From positions 40,603,572-40,667,571 of the forward strand of contig CP154954.1 of the NCBI GenBank assembly GCA_039621445.1: a stretch of 64,000 nt of DNA, given 5' to 3'. This document shows, one piece after another, positions 11,381 through 24,500 of the stretch. Below the pieces are notes generated by a model that worked only from the letters and a program-made list of their open reading frames with translations, was not told the DNA's origin and searched no databases. Numbering within the stretch: position 1 is the stretch's first letter; every line of letters begins with the position of its first letter. This DNA comes from Euglena gracilis. Lineage: Eukaryota. The translations under genes and the position numbers were made by a program.

Positions 11381-14117
11381 CTTAGGCGGCCTAACTCGCA
11401 CTTAGCTTTGAAAGTGACTGTAAATTTGCGCCGACGCGCAAATCCCAAAAAAAGTTTGGTTTTCGACCACCGTGGCCTGAGACTCAGGACAGTCTGAAAA
11501 TAGTGTCTCCCTGCACCCCAGGGCCTGGGGACGACAGCAACGACCTGGAACTCCACGGTCTACGGGCACAGCGCTCCCGGGTCCCAGTGTGCATGAACAC
11601 AAAGCGGCAGGTGATGAAACGAGGGGACTCCACTACTCATTTGCGCTTTGGCGCAAACTTTTGAAATTGCAAAAAATAAAACCATTTGCGCTTTGGCGCA
11701 AATTTTTGACTTTTTTGTGATTCAACATGTGGGTGACCACTGCCGCACTTGGACAATGATAACAACTTTTGTGTCAACATGTGTTTCCATTTGCGCCAAA
11801 GCGCAAGGGGTAGGCTCATGAAGAATGAAAAATTAAGAGTTACCTTGCGCCAAAGCGCAAATAGAAATACATTTTTTAAAATTTCAAAAGCAACATGGCT
11901 TGCGCCGAAGCGCAAATATAACTACTTGAAACTTATCTCACGACGCAGGGAGAGAACGGCCTTGGTAGAGTACGAACACCAGAGGGGATAGAGCACAAAA
12001 TTGTAGTACTGGTGGACGGAAGCCTACTCTCAGTCACGTTGACTGAAAATTGGTCAACATTGCGCGTCCGCGCAAGAGCCGCGTTGCTTTTACAGTTTTA
12101 AAAAATGTATTTCTACTTGCGCTTTGGCGCAAGGTAACTCTTAAATTTCCATTATTCATGAGCCTACCCATTGCGCTATGGCGCAATGGGCACCAATTTT
12201 TATTTTCTATTTTTATCACTGCCGGTGGAGAGAGCAGTCCTGGAAGCATCTCATCACCAGAGCAGACAGAGCTAAGGTGGAGGGAAGCCTTGCCTGGGAC
12301 AGGAAGCCAACCCCCTGGTGTGTGAAAACAACCACCAACTACTTGATATCCAGACGTGTCTTGTCCTGTGGGTTGTAAACCCAACTTCCAGCGTCGGAGG
12401 TTCCTCCCACTTGCCTCGCACTTAAGCGTGCCTGAGGGGCCCTTCTCTTTGGCCGACTTTTGAAAGTCGGAAAAATTCTGTTTGGAAAAGAACAGGTACC
12501 AGATAAACCCTGGGAATCACAGCCGAGGAAACAGTTTTAGGCGTCAAAAGGGTGTTTTAAAGAAGCTCGTCACCCCCCTTTCCTCGCCCAAGATTTGAAA
12601 CACACAACTTTGGGGATGAGCGAATGGAATTGAGAAATTGAAAGGGCCCATCAACAACGGCGGAGAAGGGAAGACATGCTGACACACCTTTTTTTCGGTA
12701 ATTTGCAACCCACCAGACAGCCACATGCCACCAGGCAGATGGAGGGCATTGTTCAGCAGAAAAAGTCTTTCTGTCAACATCCCCAAAAACCCCACTTTGT
12801 GCACCGAGTGCAAGGTCAGTGACGCTCCACAGCCTACCGCCCACGATTGGTCTTATTGTAACAGCCACTTCCTCCCCAGCACCTGAATATTTCAAAAGCA
12901 CCAACCAAGCTTCTGGCACAGCAGCGCTCAAACCCTCCTCATCATTCTCCTCTGTCCCCCACCTTCTCACACAGCACGAACACATTCAAATACATCTGCC
13001 ATTTGAAAGGACATTTGCGCTTAAGCGCAAATTTTTAGCTTGCGCTTAAGCGCAAGTTAAAAATTTTGCGCTTAAGCGCAAGCTAAAACAGAAGCCCCTG
13101 AGTTTGTGGGAGTCCCCCTGATGTGTTACGGTGTGTTAGGGGCCCCTCTCTGCACGGCCAGAGTGCGGGCTTGGTGAGGAAATACCTTGCGCCGAAGCGC
13201 AAGGGACATGCCTACATAATGCACTGCTTGTTCATTCAGATTACACGTCAACCGTGTGTTTACACTTCTCAGTTTTTTTGTATGATGGTTTGCGCTTCGG
13301 CGCAAGGTATTTCCTCACCAAGCCCGCACTCTGGCCGTGCAGAGAGGGGCCCCTAACACACCGTAACACATCAGGGGGACTCCCACAAACTCAGGGGCTT
13401 CTGTTTTAGCTTGCGCTTAAGCGCAAAATTTTTAACTTGCGCTTAAGCGCAAGCTAAAAATTTGCGCTTAAGCGCAAATGTCCTTAAACGTTGCCTTCTG
13501 TGCCCAGCAGTGTGGGGCATGGCGTTGCTCACCAGACGTTGGGACAGGTCCCTGGGCTTGCCCTCAGTCCCCCCAAACCCCCCCCCACCTGGGTAGTTCC
13601 CACTGTACCACTCCTCGCGCTTCAAGCACCCAGGGATCACGACTCTGTGACATGCCGTTTTTTCCAACTTTTCACAACGTGCATCTAGAGTCCACCCTCT
13701 GGATGCCTCAGCAACCAAATTCTTCACGGACATATCACAGAGCCAAAAAAACAACAAAAAGGGCCAATTGTCACCCGGACTGTGTGGCACCATTCGGGGA
13801 ACACAGTCAAGGCTTCAAAAATGAGGGACTCGCAACGGGGGTTTTGGCCCGTTTTCGGGAAAATTCACGTGTCCCAGCGGTCAAACCCAGGGTTTTGGAC
13901 CTTTTTCAAAATGGTGCACAGGCCGAAAAACACCAAAATTGGGCCTTTTCCCCGGGTTCCAACATCGGAAAATGATGCACACGCCACTGTGGAGGGTCTC
14001 TGCGGAACCAGAGGGTCAAAAGGGTGGGTTCTACCGCCGGGTCTCAAAGAAATCGAAAATTTGCGCCAAAGTGCAAGCTAAAAATGAAAACCTTAAGTGC
14101 GAGTTAGGCCGCCTAAG
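11381..14117. mobile_element. Unclassified TIR element with ~18 internal TTGCGC-N4-GCGCAA palindromes
   Basis: 24-bp perfect TIR CTTAGGCGGCCTAACTCGCACTTA. ATTTT on both flanks (likely 5-bp TSD). The empty site is seen in the sister MITE at ~31.22 kb. Confidence 0.88.
13007..13485. repeat. Long inverted repeat, ~196-bp arms and ~87-bp spacer
   Basis: 13007-13202 is the reverse complement of 13290-13485 with no mismatch noticed. A second, imperfect pair lies at 11791-11915 / 12060-12186. Confidence 0.92.
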
Positions 14118-15559
14118 ATTTTTGGGGGTCCCAAAAAAATTTTCGGCGCTTCGCGCCGGTCACTGGAAAAAAAATTTCCACTAGCTAGCCCTGCTAGAAA
14201 ACCCACTAGCCAAATTTGGACTAGCTGCAGTCCAGCCCCCCCCCCGGGGGGGTACTGCAATCCCTTAAGCAAAAGCCAGGCCGGGGGACCCGTCACTCAC
14301 TTTTCCCTGAAAAATGGTCAAAAAATGCAAGAAAATGCCAAAAATAGCACCTTTTTGAAAGAAAAAAAAATTGGCGCCTGGCGCTGAAAAAAAAAACATT
14401 TTGTTGGCCAAAAAGTGCAAAAATGCTGAAAAAATTTGACAATATTTTAGGTCTCGAGGGAAATCGAGGCCAAAATGAGGATTTTTCAGAGCAAAAAATA
14501 AGCAACAAAAATACAAAAATCACTGGGGAAAAAACACAAAAAAAGTTTTAAAAAACCACAAAAAAACACAAATTTTGCAAAAACAAAAAAAACAAAAAAG
14601 AAACATAAAAAAGACCCATTTCCCCCCCGCTCTGGTGTCACCACCCATACATGGCCATAACATCTCTGTGTTTTCCAGGCTGTCCCCTTGTGGATACACC
14701 TTGAAATTAAAGCTCCAACCAATGGCTGTGGCTCATACTTCAAGAAATTGACTGCACAAATGTGTTCCAGCATAAAAAGCATGAGTGCTCGCCATTTGAG
14801 GCATCCTTCGGGGAGGAGGTGAGATGGACCCGACGAGGCCAACCCGAAAGTTTGCAGAGAACACCACTGAGAAAATGGGACCCCCCCACCGCCAAAAGAA
14901 ATGTGAATAAGCGAAAAACTAAATACAGTGCAGACAAAAATTACAGGAAAATATGAAGGTGCAAAAATATGAGAAAAGTCTCAGGTTGGAAAAAAAAATG
15001 CATGGGAAAACTCAAAATTTTAGGGAGAATGGTGATTGTTATCTCAAGTTGCTATGAAGATTTATAAGCAAAAATCAACTCAAAACTCCGAAAAAAATAT
15101 AAATATGGTGTTGTATTTTGAAATTTTTCATTTCAAAATGAACCCCAAGAATGGCATAGACAAATGAATTTTTTTCCTGGTAGTTTTTGTCCAATGCACC
15201 TTTCCCACTCTTTGCTCTTGGCTCTTTGCGAGAGCCACTCTCAGAGGTGGTCAGATTCCATACACAATGAGATGGGGTTCTGCAATGTTGTCACTCGCGG
15301 AATTTTTGTAAATCAGCAATCACCTCTTCAACCCTCGCAAGGCAAACCGCAATACAAATAAGGGAAGGGCCAGGTCACTCTAAGGTTCGGGTGGGAGGGC
15401 AGGAACGGGGTGGGCGGAATGAGGGGCGTAGCAGAGCCAAGCTGCGCGAGCAGTAGTGGGGCAGCCCAGTGCTACGGAGGCAGCGGCCATGCACAGACAT
15501 GCGTCGTGACGGGAGGGGGCCAGGGGGCAGCCGGTGTCCCAGCCGTGGCCAGGGACCTC

Positions 15560-18500
15560 ATTGCCGCTCCACGCCGGAATTCGGGCACAAACCGTTGGTG
15601 TCGCACCGCGTGCAACTGTGGAACTGCAAACTTGAGATGCTTGGAGGACACGGTGTGGCCAGGAAGGGGTGGCATGGATCTGCGCCGCAAACTTTCGTCT
15701 TGTCGTGAGTCCGGACTTTGGGGCACCGACAGGAAGAGCCGGGGAGAAAAAAACACCACACGGATGCCTCCTGCGTGGGGGGGCCGTCGGGGTGGGGGAT
15801 CTGAAGGCGACACACATGCGAAACTGGCGGCACAGGTCCCACAACAAGGGGACCGGGGAAAGGGTGACTGGGGAAAGGTTTGAACCCATTGGACTCCCAA
15901 CCAAAAACAAACTTCAAAAAAAAAGTCCTGAGGTCCTGCCCAGAGTGCTACCCGGCACCAACGACCCACCTCAGTCACCCTGCCTCGATGCATGACAGCG
16001 AAATGAAAGGCAGCATGCCAACTTGGCGAGGTTAAAGCACCGTAAAATGGGAGCACTGGCCCTGGGGTGTTAATACCAAAAAAATGTTTCCACCCAACAC
16101 CCAACAAACACACACGCGCGCGCACGCACACACACACACACACACACACGCACACACACACACACACACCACAACACACAGGGCACAAAAAAACACACAT
16201 GCATACAGACACACACCTCACACTCTTGTGCACATGATTTGTTGCCTGGTGGGTGGGTGTGGGTGGGTGAGTGTATTTGTGTTGTGTTGCGTGCGTTGGG
16301 GAGAAATTGCTGTTTACGATGGGATTGGGCCTTTCCGATGCCCTCAAGACCAAATGCAGAAAACGGGGGCAACTGTCCTTTCATCTGACACTTTGTCAGT
16401 TTCTTTTCGAATAAAAAGATGCGCGCTACTTCTTCCTCTCACCAGTGCCATCGTCCGATTGCGGCCAGGGGACAGGGGGGTCAGACGCGAGTGGTAGTCT
16501 TTCGCAAGAAACTGGCGGTGGGTTTCATCAGCCGGCTCTCCACCGGGGCAGCGCCGGGGGCAGCGGGCTGGGGGGTCCCGGGCACCGCAGAATGCCTCGC
16601 TGGTTCGGCCCCAGGCCGGCCCTCCCGCTTGGCGGCCGGCCAGCTCAGAGCAGGAAAATGTGAGCCGACTGGAAGAAAGAAAGAAAGAAGAAAGAAAGAA
16701 AGAAGAAAGAAAGAAAGATACTGGCTGACCCCTCCCCGGGGTCCTCAGGCTGGAACTGGCCTGGCCGGGGTCGAACTGGGACCCGACACACCAATTCCAT
16801 CAAAACGGCCTGAAAAGCAACCCAGCGTGCCAAAGCGAAATGTCCGACTTAAAACTTTGAGCGGAGCAACTCCTTGCTGACCAACCCGTGGCCCACCAAA
16901 ATACCTTCCAAAATCCATTACTCCTTTGGGCGGCCAGACAAAAAAAAACAACAAAAAAATATAATCTGTCGCCAGGGGAGGGGGATCCTGGGCTGAAAAA
17001 AAAAATGCTGGAAGAAATCTAATGGCTGGCTGGAACTCTCCCCCAGGTCCGCTCTGGCTCTTTAAGTGGAGCCCTGCTCCCCAGGGGTTCATATACAAAT
17101 GTGAACCCTGAGGCCAACCCAAAGCAAAGCGACGCTGAGGCCCTGAGCAGATTTGGGCTTTTTGGGGGGGTTTTTTCTGGGCACACGCCGAGTCCAGCTC
17201 TCAGCCGGCCGGACCCTCTCCCCCCCACCTGCACCATTTTTTTGCACGATTTTCCAGCCGGCCTGTGGGACCCCCCCCCCGGTCTAAGAAAACCCCTGCT
17301 CACCTTTCATGTGTGCCAGCAGGAATCTGGTGCCTGGCACCGCAAAAAAAGCACATTCTGCATTGGCTTGTGGTGACTGTTGCCGACCAGTGGGTGTAGA
17401 ATCTGCAGACAAGCAACGAGTCAACTACTACCCCACCGGCAATAAATGCATGACCCAGAGACCTGCAGGACATCTGCTGCGTCTAACCGCCCTTTGGGCA
17501 GCTGGGACAAACTTAAAGCACATCGATGGGGGAGCCCCTGGGATGGGGTGCCCTCTGGCTTCAGCGACAACCCCACGGTTCACCACTGGGCCTCTGGAGG
17601 GGGGGGGGGCAGCAGTTTAAAATGGCCATTCAAAACTCGAAGGCAACTTTTTCAAGGTGTGGACAGTGCCCCGGTTTCACTACCAAAGCAGGCAATTTAT
17701 TCGGATCAGCACCGGCCGAGAAATAAAAGCTTCCAATCCGTGATCACGCAAAACACAAACCAAACACAGCCAGGACCTCGTGGGCGCGAAGGCCGCCGTT
17801 TCTTCAACCCTTTCTTCCCATCGTCGCTCTCCCCTGCATCAGATCCATACGCCTGCAGGATCAAAGGATCGAAGGGGAGACTGGCCAAAATCGGACCTTT
17901 TGCAATATTTGTGGTATTGTGGCTTGGAATGGATTTGTTTGTCAAATCCCCTCCCGCAAATGACATCTTGACGATCCCCCACCTGGCCCGGATCAGTGTG
18001 AGAGGTGCAGGTTGTGGCCAATCACCTGATGCACCTGAATTTGGTTTGCTTTGCCAGCGTTGGGCGGACGGAAAATCGGCTGGCAATGAATAGCGCGGCA
18101 TACTTGTGAGGTCTACAATTGCCCAGCAATGTCCACAAGAAATGCATTCTTCAATTCCGGGTGTTCAACAAATGAACAAGAACCACATGAAAATTGCCAC
18201 TGGAATCCATCGGAATCTGTCGGAAGCCACCGGAATGATGTTCAGAACTTCCATCAGATGATGTATTTTCTGGATGCAGCAAAGAAAATACATTTCATCA
18301 AAGAATTGTGTTTCTGGCCTTGCACAGATGCCTACAATAGCCGCTTTGTTCACTTTTACACCGGTTTGTTCACATAAATCTGCATGATCCCACATTACCG
18401 CATAATTCTGCATAATAATAAATAAATGCATAACATAAATGAAATAAATAATTTCAAAAAAAAGCCAGATTCCCCTCGTGTTTTTGAAAAAAAAAATCAG

Positions 18501-21500
18501 TTGGCTTTTTTTGCATTTGGTCCAGGATTTAAGGCTAAGGTTGAAAATTTTGTTCCGAATTTAACATGAAGAAACAAGAGTTTTTCCAATTTTAACATGT
18601 GAAACACGAGGACAATAATGCAGGTTTGCAAAAATTTGGGATTTGTCATCCTGGAAGATTTTCCCCCGTATTTTGTTCGCGGTTGTGCAACTGTGCAAAA
18701 TCCCCCCAAAAACCTCAATTGATCTAACATGAATGAAAATCCAAAAATGACACAGGACACAGAATGGCGTTGGGAGACTCCAAATTGGTTTAAAAAGAGA
18801 TGATGCGGAAACACTTAAAAAATGGGCAATAACAAACTATAACCCCCCAGGTCTGCCGTTTGGGTTGATTACCAATAATCGCAAAGGGGGGTTTTCTTGG
18901 GGTCTCCTTTTGACTTTAGCTAAAACACCGGCACATAAAACCTTCCTGTAAAAAACAATAAAAAGAAGGTTTCTTGCAACGACCTTGGCCACACATGGGC
19001 AAAACATAAAAAAGAATCACCTAATTTGGGGCATTGTCACAATTTGAGACGGAGGGTCATTTTCCCCCCAGAAATCCCGAGGGGTGGCCTTTTTTGGTTT
19101 TCCCCCAAAATTCTCGAAGGCTTATTTGGGGGGTGCAGTTTTTTGAATTTTTGCTGAAAATCGGCAGGGGGGGGTCTCAGTTTTGGGGCAGGTTACACTT
19201 CTTCCCTCAGCTGACCAAGGGTTGCCCTGTGCCTCCGCCGCTGGGGCCCCCAAAACGCTGTGGCTGGGCCCGTCAGCATTAGGGTTTGCCTTCGGAATTC
19301 AGGGTTGGGTTTTTTAGGACAAAACTTTACATTTCTGACATTGGAATTATATACATTTTTTCCCCTCATTTCTTGTTCTTTGTGAAAGATCTGCATTCTG
19401 CCTCTATTTATGGACCCTCACACAGGAAACCCTGAAATGGTCAGCAACCTCCCCCTTCACCCAAAAAAAGTTGGGGTTAGGGCACCCAAAATTTATAATT
19501 GCAAGGTAAAACCTGACCTAGCCCTGTTATTGAACCCATCCATACCGTTCAGGTTGGATCGCGGAGGTAGAATTCCTGGAATCAAATTTTTGAGGTGTTT
19601 ATGTTTGGGGGGGGGGTGAACACCCCAATCCTCAGGCAGAACACTTCATTGGCCCTTCCCCACCACCGTTGTCCCCCAAGCTCAACACACCCGCGTTGGC
19701 GAGTCGTAGCGTGATGGGGAGTTGATGTACTGGGCCCGCAAGACAGCAGCGTTCGTCAACAAAGATGCCGAAGCCCCATACGCGCTGTAGCCGCTGCGCT
19801 CGTGGAGGGGACTGCTGTTGTAGCGGCCATCCGTCTGCGCGTGACCAAAGCATTTCGAAATTGGCAGTGCCTCGGAGCATGAAACTGTTTTGATGATACA
19901 CAATTCAATTGGGGGATTGGTCAACGCAAAGTGCAACCTGTCACAAACACCGCAATGGCTCAGGGGCTTGTTGGTGGGGGGTCGGACCGCCCACCCCACC
20001 CACCACAGCACCACGCGCGGAAGATTCCTTGGGCATCAAGGGGAAATTTTAACCAAAAATCGGCGCCCCCGGAAATACGAGAAAGCCTGGTGGGGGGGGG
20101 GGGTTCGGGCCCCCAAATGGCCAAATTTGAGTGTCAACTGCACAATTAAATGGCTGCACAAGTGGATTGTCTCCCGCTGTGGAAATCGCACTCCCCACTC
20201 ACTCCCCAGCAGTGTTGTGCTTCACTGAGGCCTCTTCCATTCCATTCTGAGTCCTGAAATACAATCCCTCATCTCGATTTCGCCGTGCGAAGATGCCGTG
20301 GGAGGATCCCGACTTGCCAAAGCGCGGGCCACCTGCCCACCAAACCATCCACCCACCCACACACAAAAGAAAACAGAGAGAAAGATACCGCATACACCCA
20401 CACCACACACACCCGAACCACCAAACCCACACACCCGTTGTCCGGGGCCGGTGGTGGCACTCTGGGCGGCCACGGGGCTTCGGTTCTCCCGCCGGGGCAG
20501 CGGGGACCCTTTGCGAGGCTGGTTGGCGGAGAGGACGAAGGGGGAGGTGGGCAGCTTGCGAGGCGGGGGTGTGTCCCCAACGGCCGCCACAACTGGACAG
20601 GCAGCAGCAATGGAACAAAAAAAAATCGCAACAATGGAAGTGGGTGTTCCGTTCTTTTTAAAGAGGTTATGACTTTGAGGACGTCGCTTAATGACCGGAG
20701 ATTATCAGAGTGACTCCGGCTGCCTCTGGCTGCCTCCCCAAGGGTCCGGTCCGACTGGCTGTATCAGGCTGGAACCCAAAAAGAACAGGCAAAAACTGGC
20801 TGGAACAAAAAAAACAGGCAAGAAAGAGGCACAAATCCAGCTGGGTTGTATTTTTCAGTTCACCAACATTTTGAGGTCAAAACCAAAAAAAAATGAATAA
20901 AAAAGTCACTTTGGCCATTTTGACCCCTTTCTCAGTCCAGCCCGGCTTCGCCACACTTTCCACTCCCCCCCCCCCCCAAGTGGGGGGGGTCCGCAGCCCA
21001 ACTGGGACACTGGCTGGGAAAAAAGTGTTGGCCGGACTGGACCCTCCTTGAGGGGGGGGGGGTCCAGTGCGGCTAAAGGAATTCCCTGGTGACCCCCTGG
21101 GGGTGGGGCTTAAGCAACACCTGAATACAACCACTTCTGCGCGGTTTCATTTCAACGGTTCTGCAATAAAAGATGCGAGGAAAGTATGGGGGAAATGTGG
21201 CAAACACAAAAAATGCAGAAAACGATCCAACCCTGAGGGGTTTTCTTTTGCCTCTGGGACGACCTGGTTGATATTTCTGTTCAACCTGAAAATCGCCAAC
21301 TAAAAAAAATCGTGCGGTGACTATTCTGTGGCAAACGGGAGGGAGGAAATGGTGGCACCCCCAAAAAAAACCAGCCTCCTTTTTTGGTGTCATAGTGGGG
21401 ACACAGATGCCAGTCGTTTGGCGCCGCTGGAGGAGAAGCCGGGGTCTGCTGCCGGAGCGGTGGGCTGGGCGGCGGATGCGTTGCGGAGCAGGTTGGGGTT

Positions 21501-24500
21501 GATGATCTGCTGGGAGGTGGGCCCTGTGGCAGGCAAACCGCCTAGTATCTTGGCAGTATCTTGGCTGCATGTCCAAGCACTGTTGCCCCCCAAAAACTGC
21601 AAGAAAAACTGCATAGTGCATGTTTTCTCCCTCCCTGCCCCTTGGGGCCTTGGCGCGCCCTGCCCGGTGTGTACAGCCAGTGGCACAGCCTCAGTGGGGT
21701 CCCCAAGTGTGACAAGCGGGGTGGCATACGCTTCTCTGGCGCCGCGGCGCCGGCCACCGCGTTGCGGTTGGTGATGACGTACGATTTCAGTGCAGGGCCG
21801 GGGGGCTCGGCAGAGGCGGCGCTGGAGCTGCTGGGGCCGGGGGCGAGCCGCTGCCCTTCTGATGCGGGGCCGTTGGGCTGCGGCAGAACGAAGCCGAAGC
21901 CCCTTTGGGGAGCTGGCACCGCCGCTCGTCCCTGGCTGAATATCCCACGCAGTTTGTCCTCTCCACAAATGGGTGCCGTGATCTCATGCTGCAGGGGGAA
22001 ACTAAACAGTTACTGGTTACTGTCTGTTGCTGTCAATAACTACAAGTAAATTGTTGCAGTGGATAACCCCCCCAAAAGCTCCACAGTGAGTGCATGGAGT
22101 TTGCACCAGCTGGGTGGCGCCACGCACACCTGCTGGGGCTGCATGCGGAGGTTCGGGTTGACCTGCCGCACCGTGGCAGGCGGGGCCTGGTAGTAGGGAC
22201 TGGACGGGAGGGCGCTCAGGGAGGCGGCGGCCTCCCCGTTGTGGGCGGCCGCCTGCCGGCGGGCGGCCGGGGACAGGGCCGGCACGGGGATCTCCTCGGA
22301 CGCCGGCCGGCAGGGGGCGCGCTGCGGCTCTCTGGGCCGGGCCCAAAACAGCCACCTGGGTTCTGTCTCCCTGTAGGAGGCCCAGCCACATCGTTGCACC
22401 GTTGCACACCCGTGGTTGACGGGGTGCCACACGCGGAGTTGCCCACACGTGGAGTTGCGCAGTTCCACATGAGACGCACATGGGCCTGAGAGCGACTGGC
22501 TAAACACCACCCAAGACCACAAGGCTGGAGTTGGGGGAAAGCCAAAACTGGAAATGGAAATACAGAATCAAAAAAAAAATGTAATTTTGATTGGGCACAA
22601 ATTTACTTGAACAACGCCGGGGCCAATTGTCCGATGGGGCGTCTGCCCATGGCACACACCCCAGGGGACCCCCCCCCCAGGACCCGCCTCCTGGACCGGA
22701 GGACCCCCCACCCCCCACCTGCCTTCACCCTATGCCGAAGGTGCCGGCGGCTTGTAAAATGTCCACTGTCAAGGGAAATTTGGTCAGCTCCAGTCGGAGC
22801 TAACCAGTCCAAAGGTGGACCCCCCCCCAGTCCAGGAGGGGGGACCCCCCCCTCCACCCGTGCACCCTCCTTATATCGAACCGTGGCGCAGGGGAGTGTG
22901 ATATAGCACCGCTCACCCCATGACCCAACCACCAGGGGTCACCCCCCCCCGCCTGACCTTGGAGGCACCTTCTGGGGGGGGGGGGAAGCCTGGTTGAGTA
23001 AGCAAATCTCGACATGTCTTTTTTGTCTTTGAATTTGAAGCATCAGTTTTTTTGATTGGAGATAAAATGAGCTGATTCGCCAATTCAGCAATAGATTCAC
23101 CAAGTGACCAATAGTCACTAATAGAAGGGTCCGAAGGGGACTGCTCGAGGGGTGCCCTCCAGTGCAAGCGCCTCTCATCCCAACGCCATTAATAAAATAG
23201 ACTGTGGTATGAAATCTGACGTAAAATATGCCAAAGACATTTTTTCATAATCACCTGCACCCGCGCGGCAGAAAGACCTGTTGTGGTGAGCTTGGGATTG
23301 AAAATTGGATGAAAGACAATTTAAAAAACCAGGAGAGAAGGCATGTTTGCAAACAAAGCCTGGCTTCACCTGGACCCAACGTGGCTCGCAATCAGGAATG
23401 GAGGGGATAAGTGCCTGAGTGGACAAAACAAGGGTGATGAAATGTAACCAGCACCACCCGGAAACTTGTTCGGGAAATCAATCTCCAGCGTGCACCCTGT
23501 GCGAGAGACTTGGACGTGGTGAAGGCCGAGGAAGCGTCGTGTCAGCAAACTGCCGTGGCTGTTGGATGCTGCTGCTTTCCTGAAACAGAACAGGTGACAA
23601 CTTATGCAGAGAGACAGCTCAAGACTTCTTTGCACACACAAAAAAAACTCGCACATCAAAAATGCATCATATCATCAAATTGTTGCCTCAATGTTGGGAA
23701 GTTGAAAAAATCAGGATGGAAAGGGAGAGAGCAGTGAAATCACAGCTCTGGCCCGAAAAGGCGAGAATCAAAATTTAATTACTACCTGTGCTGGTCCCCG
23801 GGGTGAATTCATCGGCGACGAGGTGGAGGACTGATACAACTGCTGGTGCATCCGTTGCTGCTGTTCTCTGAGCAGCTGCTCCCGCTGCTGTTGCTGCTAC
23901 GGTCTGGCGCCATTCCCTGCCGACATTATGAAAGGCAACCCCTGCTGATCCAGATGGGAGGCGGGACAGGTGGAACCAGGAAGTGGCTGAATGGGGCCAG
24001 GCCGGAACTGCAGCTGCTGCTGTTGCAGCTGTTGCTGCAGCTGCTGCTGCTTCAGGGCCTGCTGCTGCTGCAGCTGCTGCTGCATGGTGGGCTGCTGGCG
24101 GCAGGGGATGGCGGCCAGGGAACGCAGAGCGCTTATTCCAAAAGAGGCAAAACCCAGCCGAAAACTTGGGAAGGCAACCCCTCCGGCGACTCCGCCCTTA
24201 CCCACAGTTGGCAGGTCAATTTTTTATATGCCGTCATCTGCATTCATCTGTTGTGGCAAAGACACTGGTATCGACTGGGCCAACTATCCCAAAAAAAAAA
24301 GTTGCCACACAACAAGATAAAGCAGATTGAGTGCCAAACAAATGCACAACAAATACCATACAACAACAAGTGTCATGAAAACATCATTCCAAAAATAAAA
24401 TAAAAATGGCGTTGATCCGCTATGCGCTGGTGTATGCTGATGTAGACCCCTTCCCCCCCCCCTTAGGCAAAAATTCTCATCAGCCACACCAGACCAAATT

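Larger units (their letters stand above)
11135..14279 (+). mobile_element. hAT-type MITE family 1 with a nested 2.7-kb insertion
   Basis: TIR CAGGCTTTTGCTTAAGG / CCTTAAGCAAAAGCCAG; perfect 8-bp TSD GCCGGGGG (11127-11134, 14280-14287). Confidence 0.9.
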
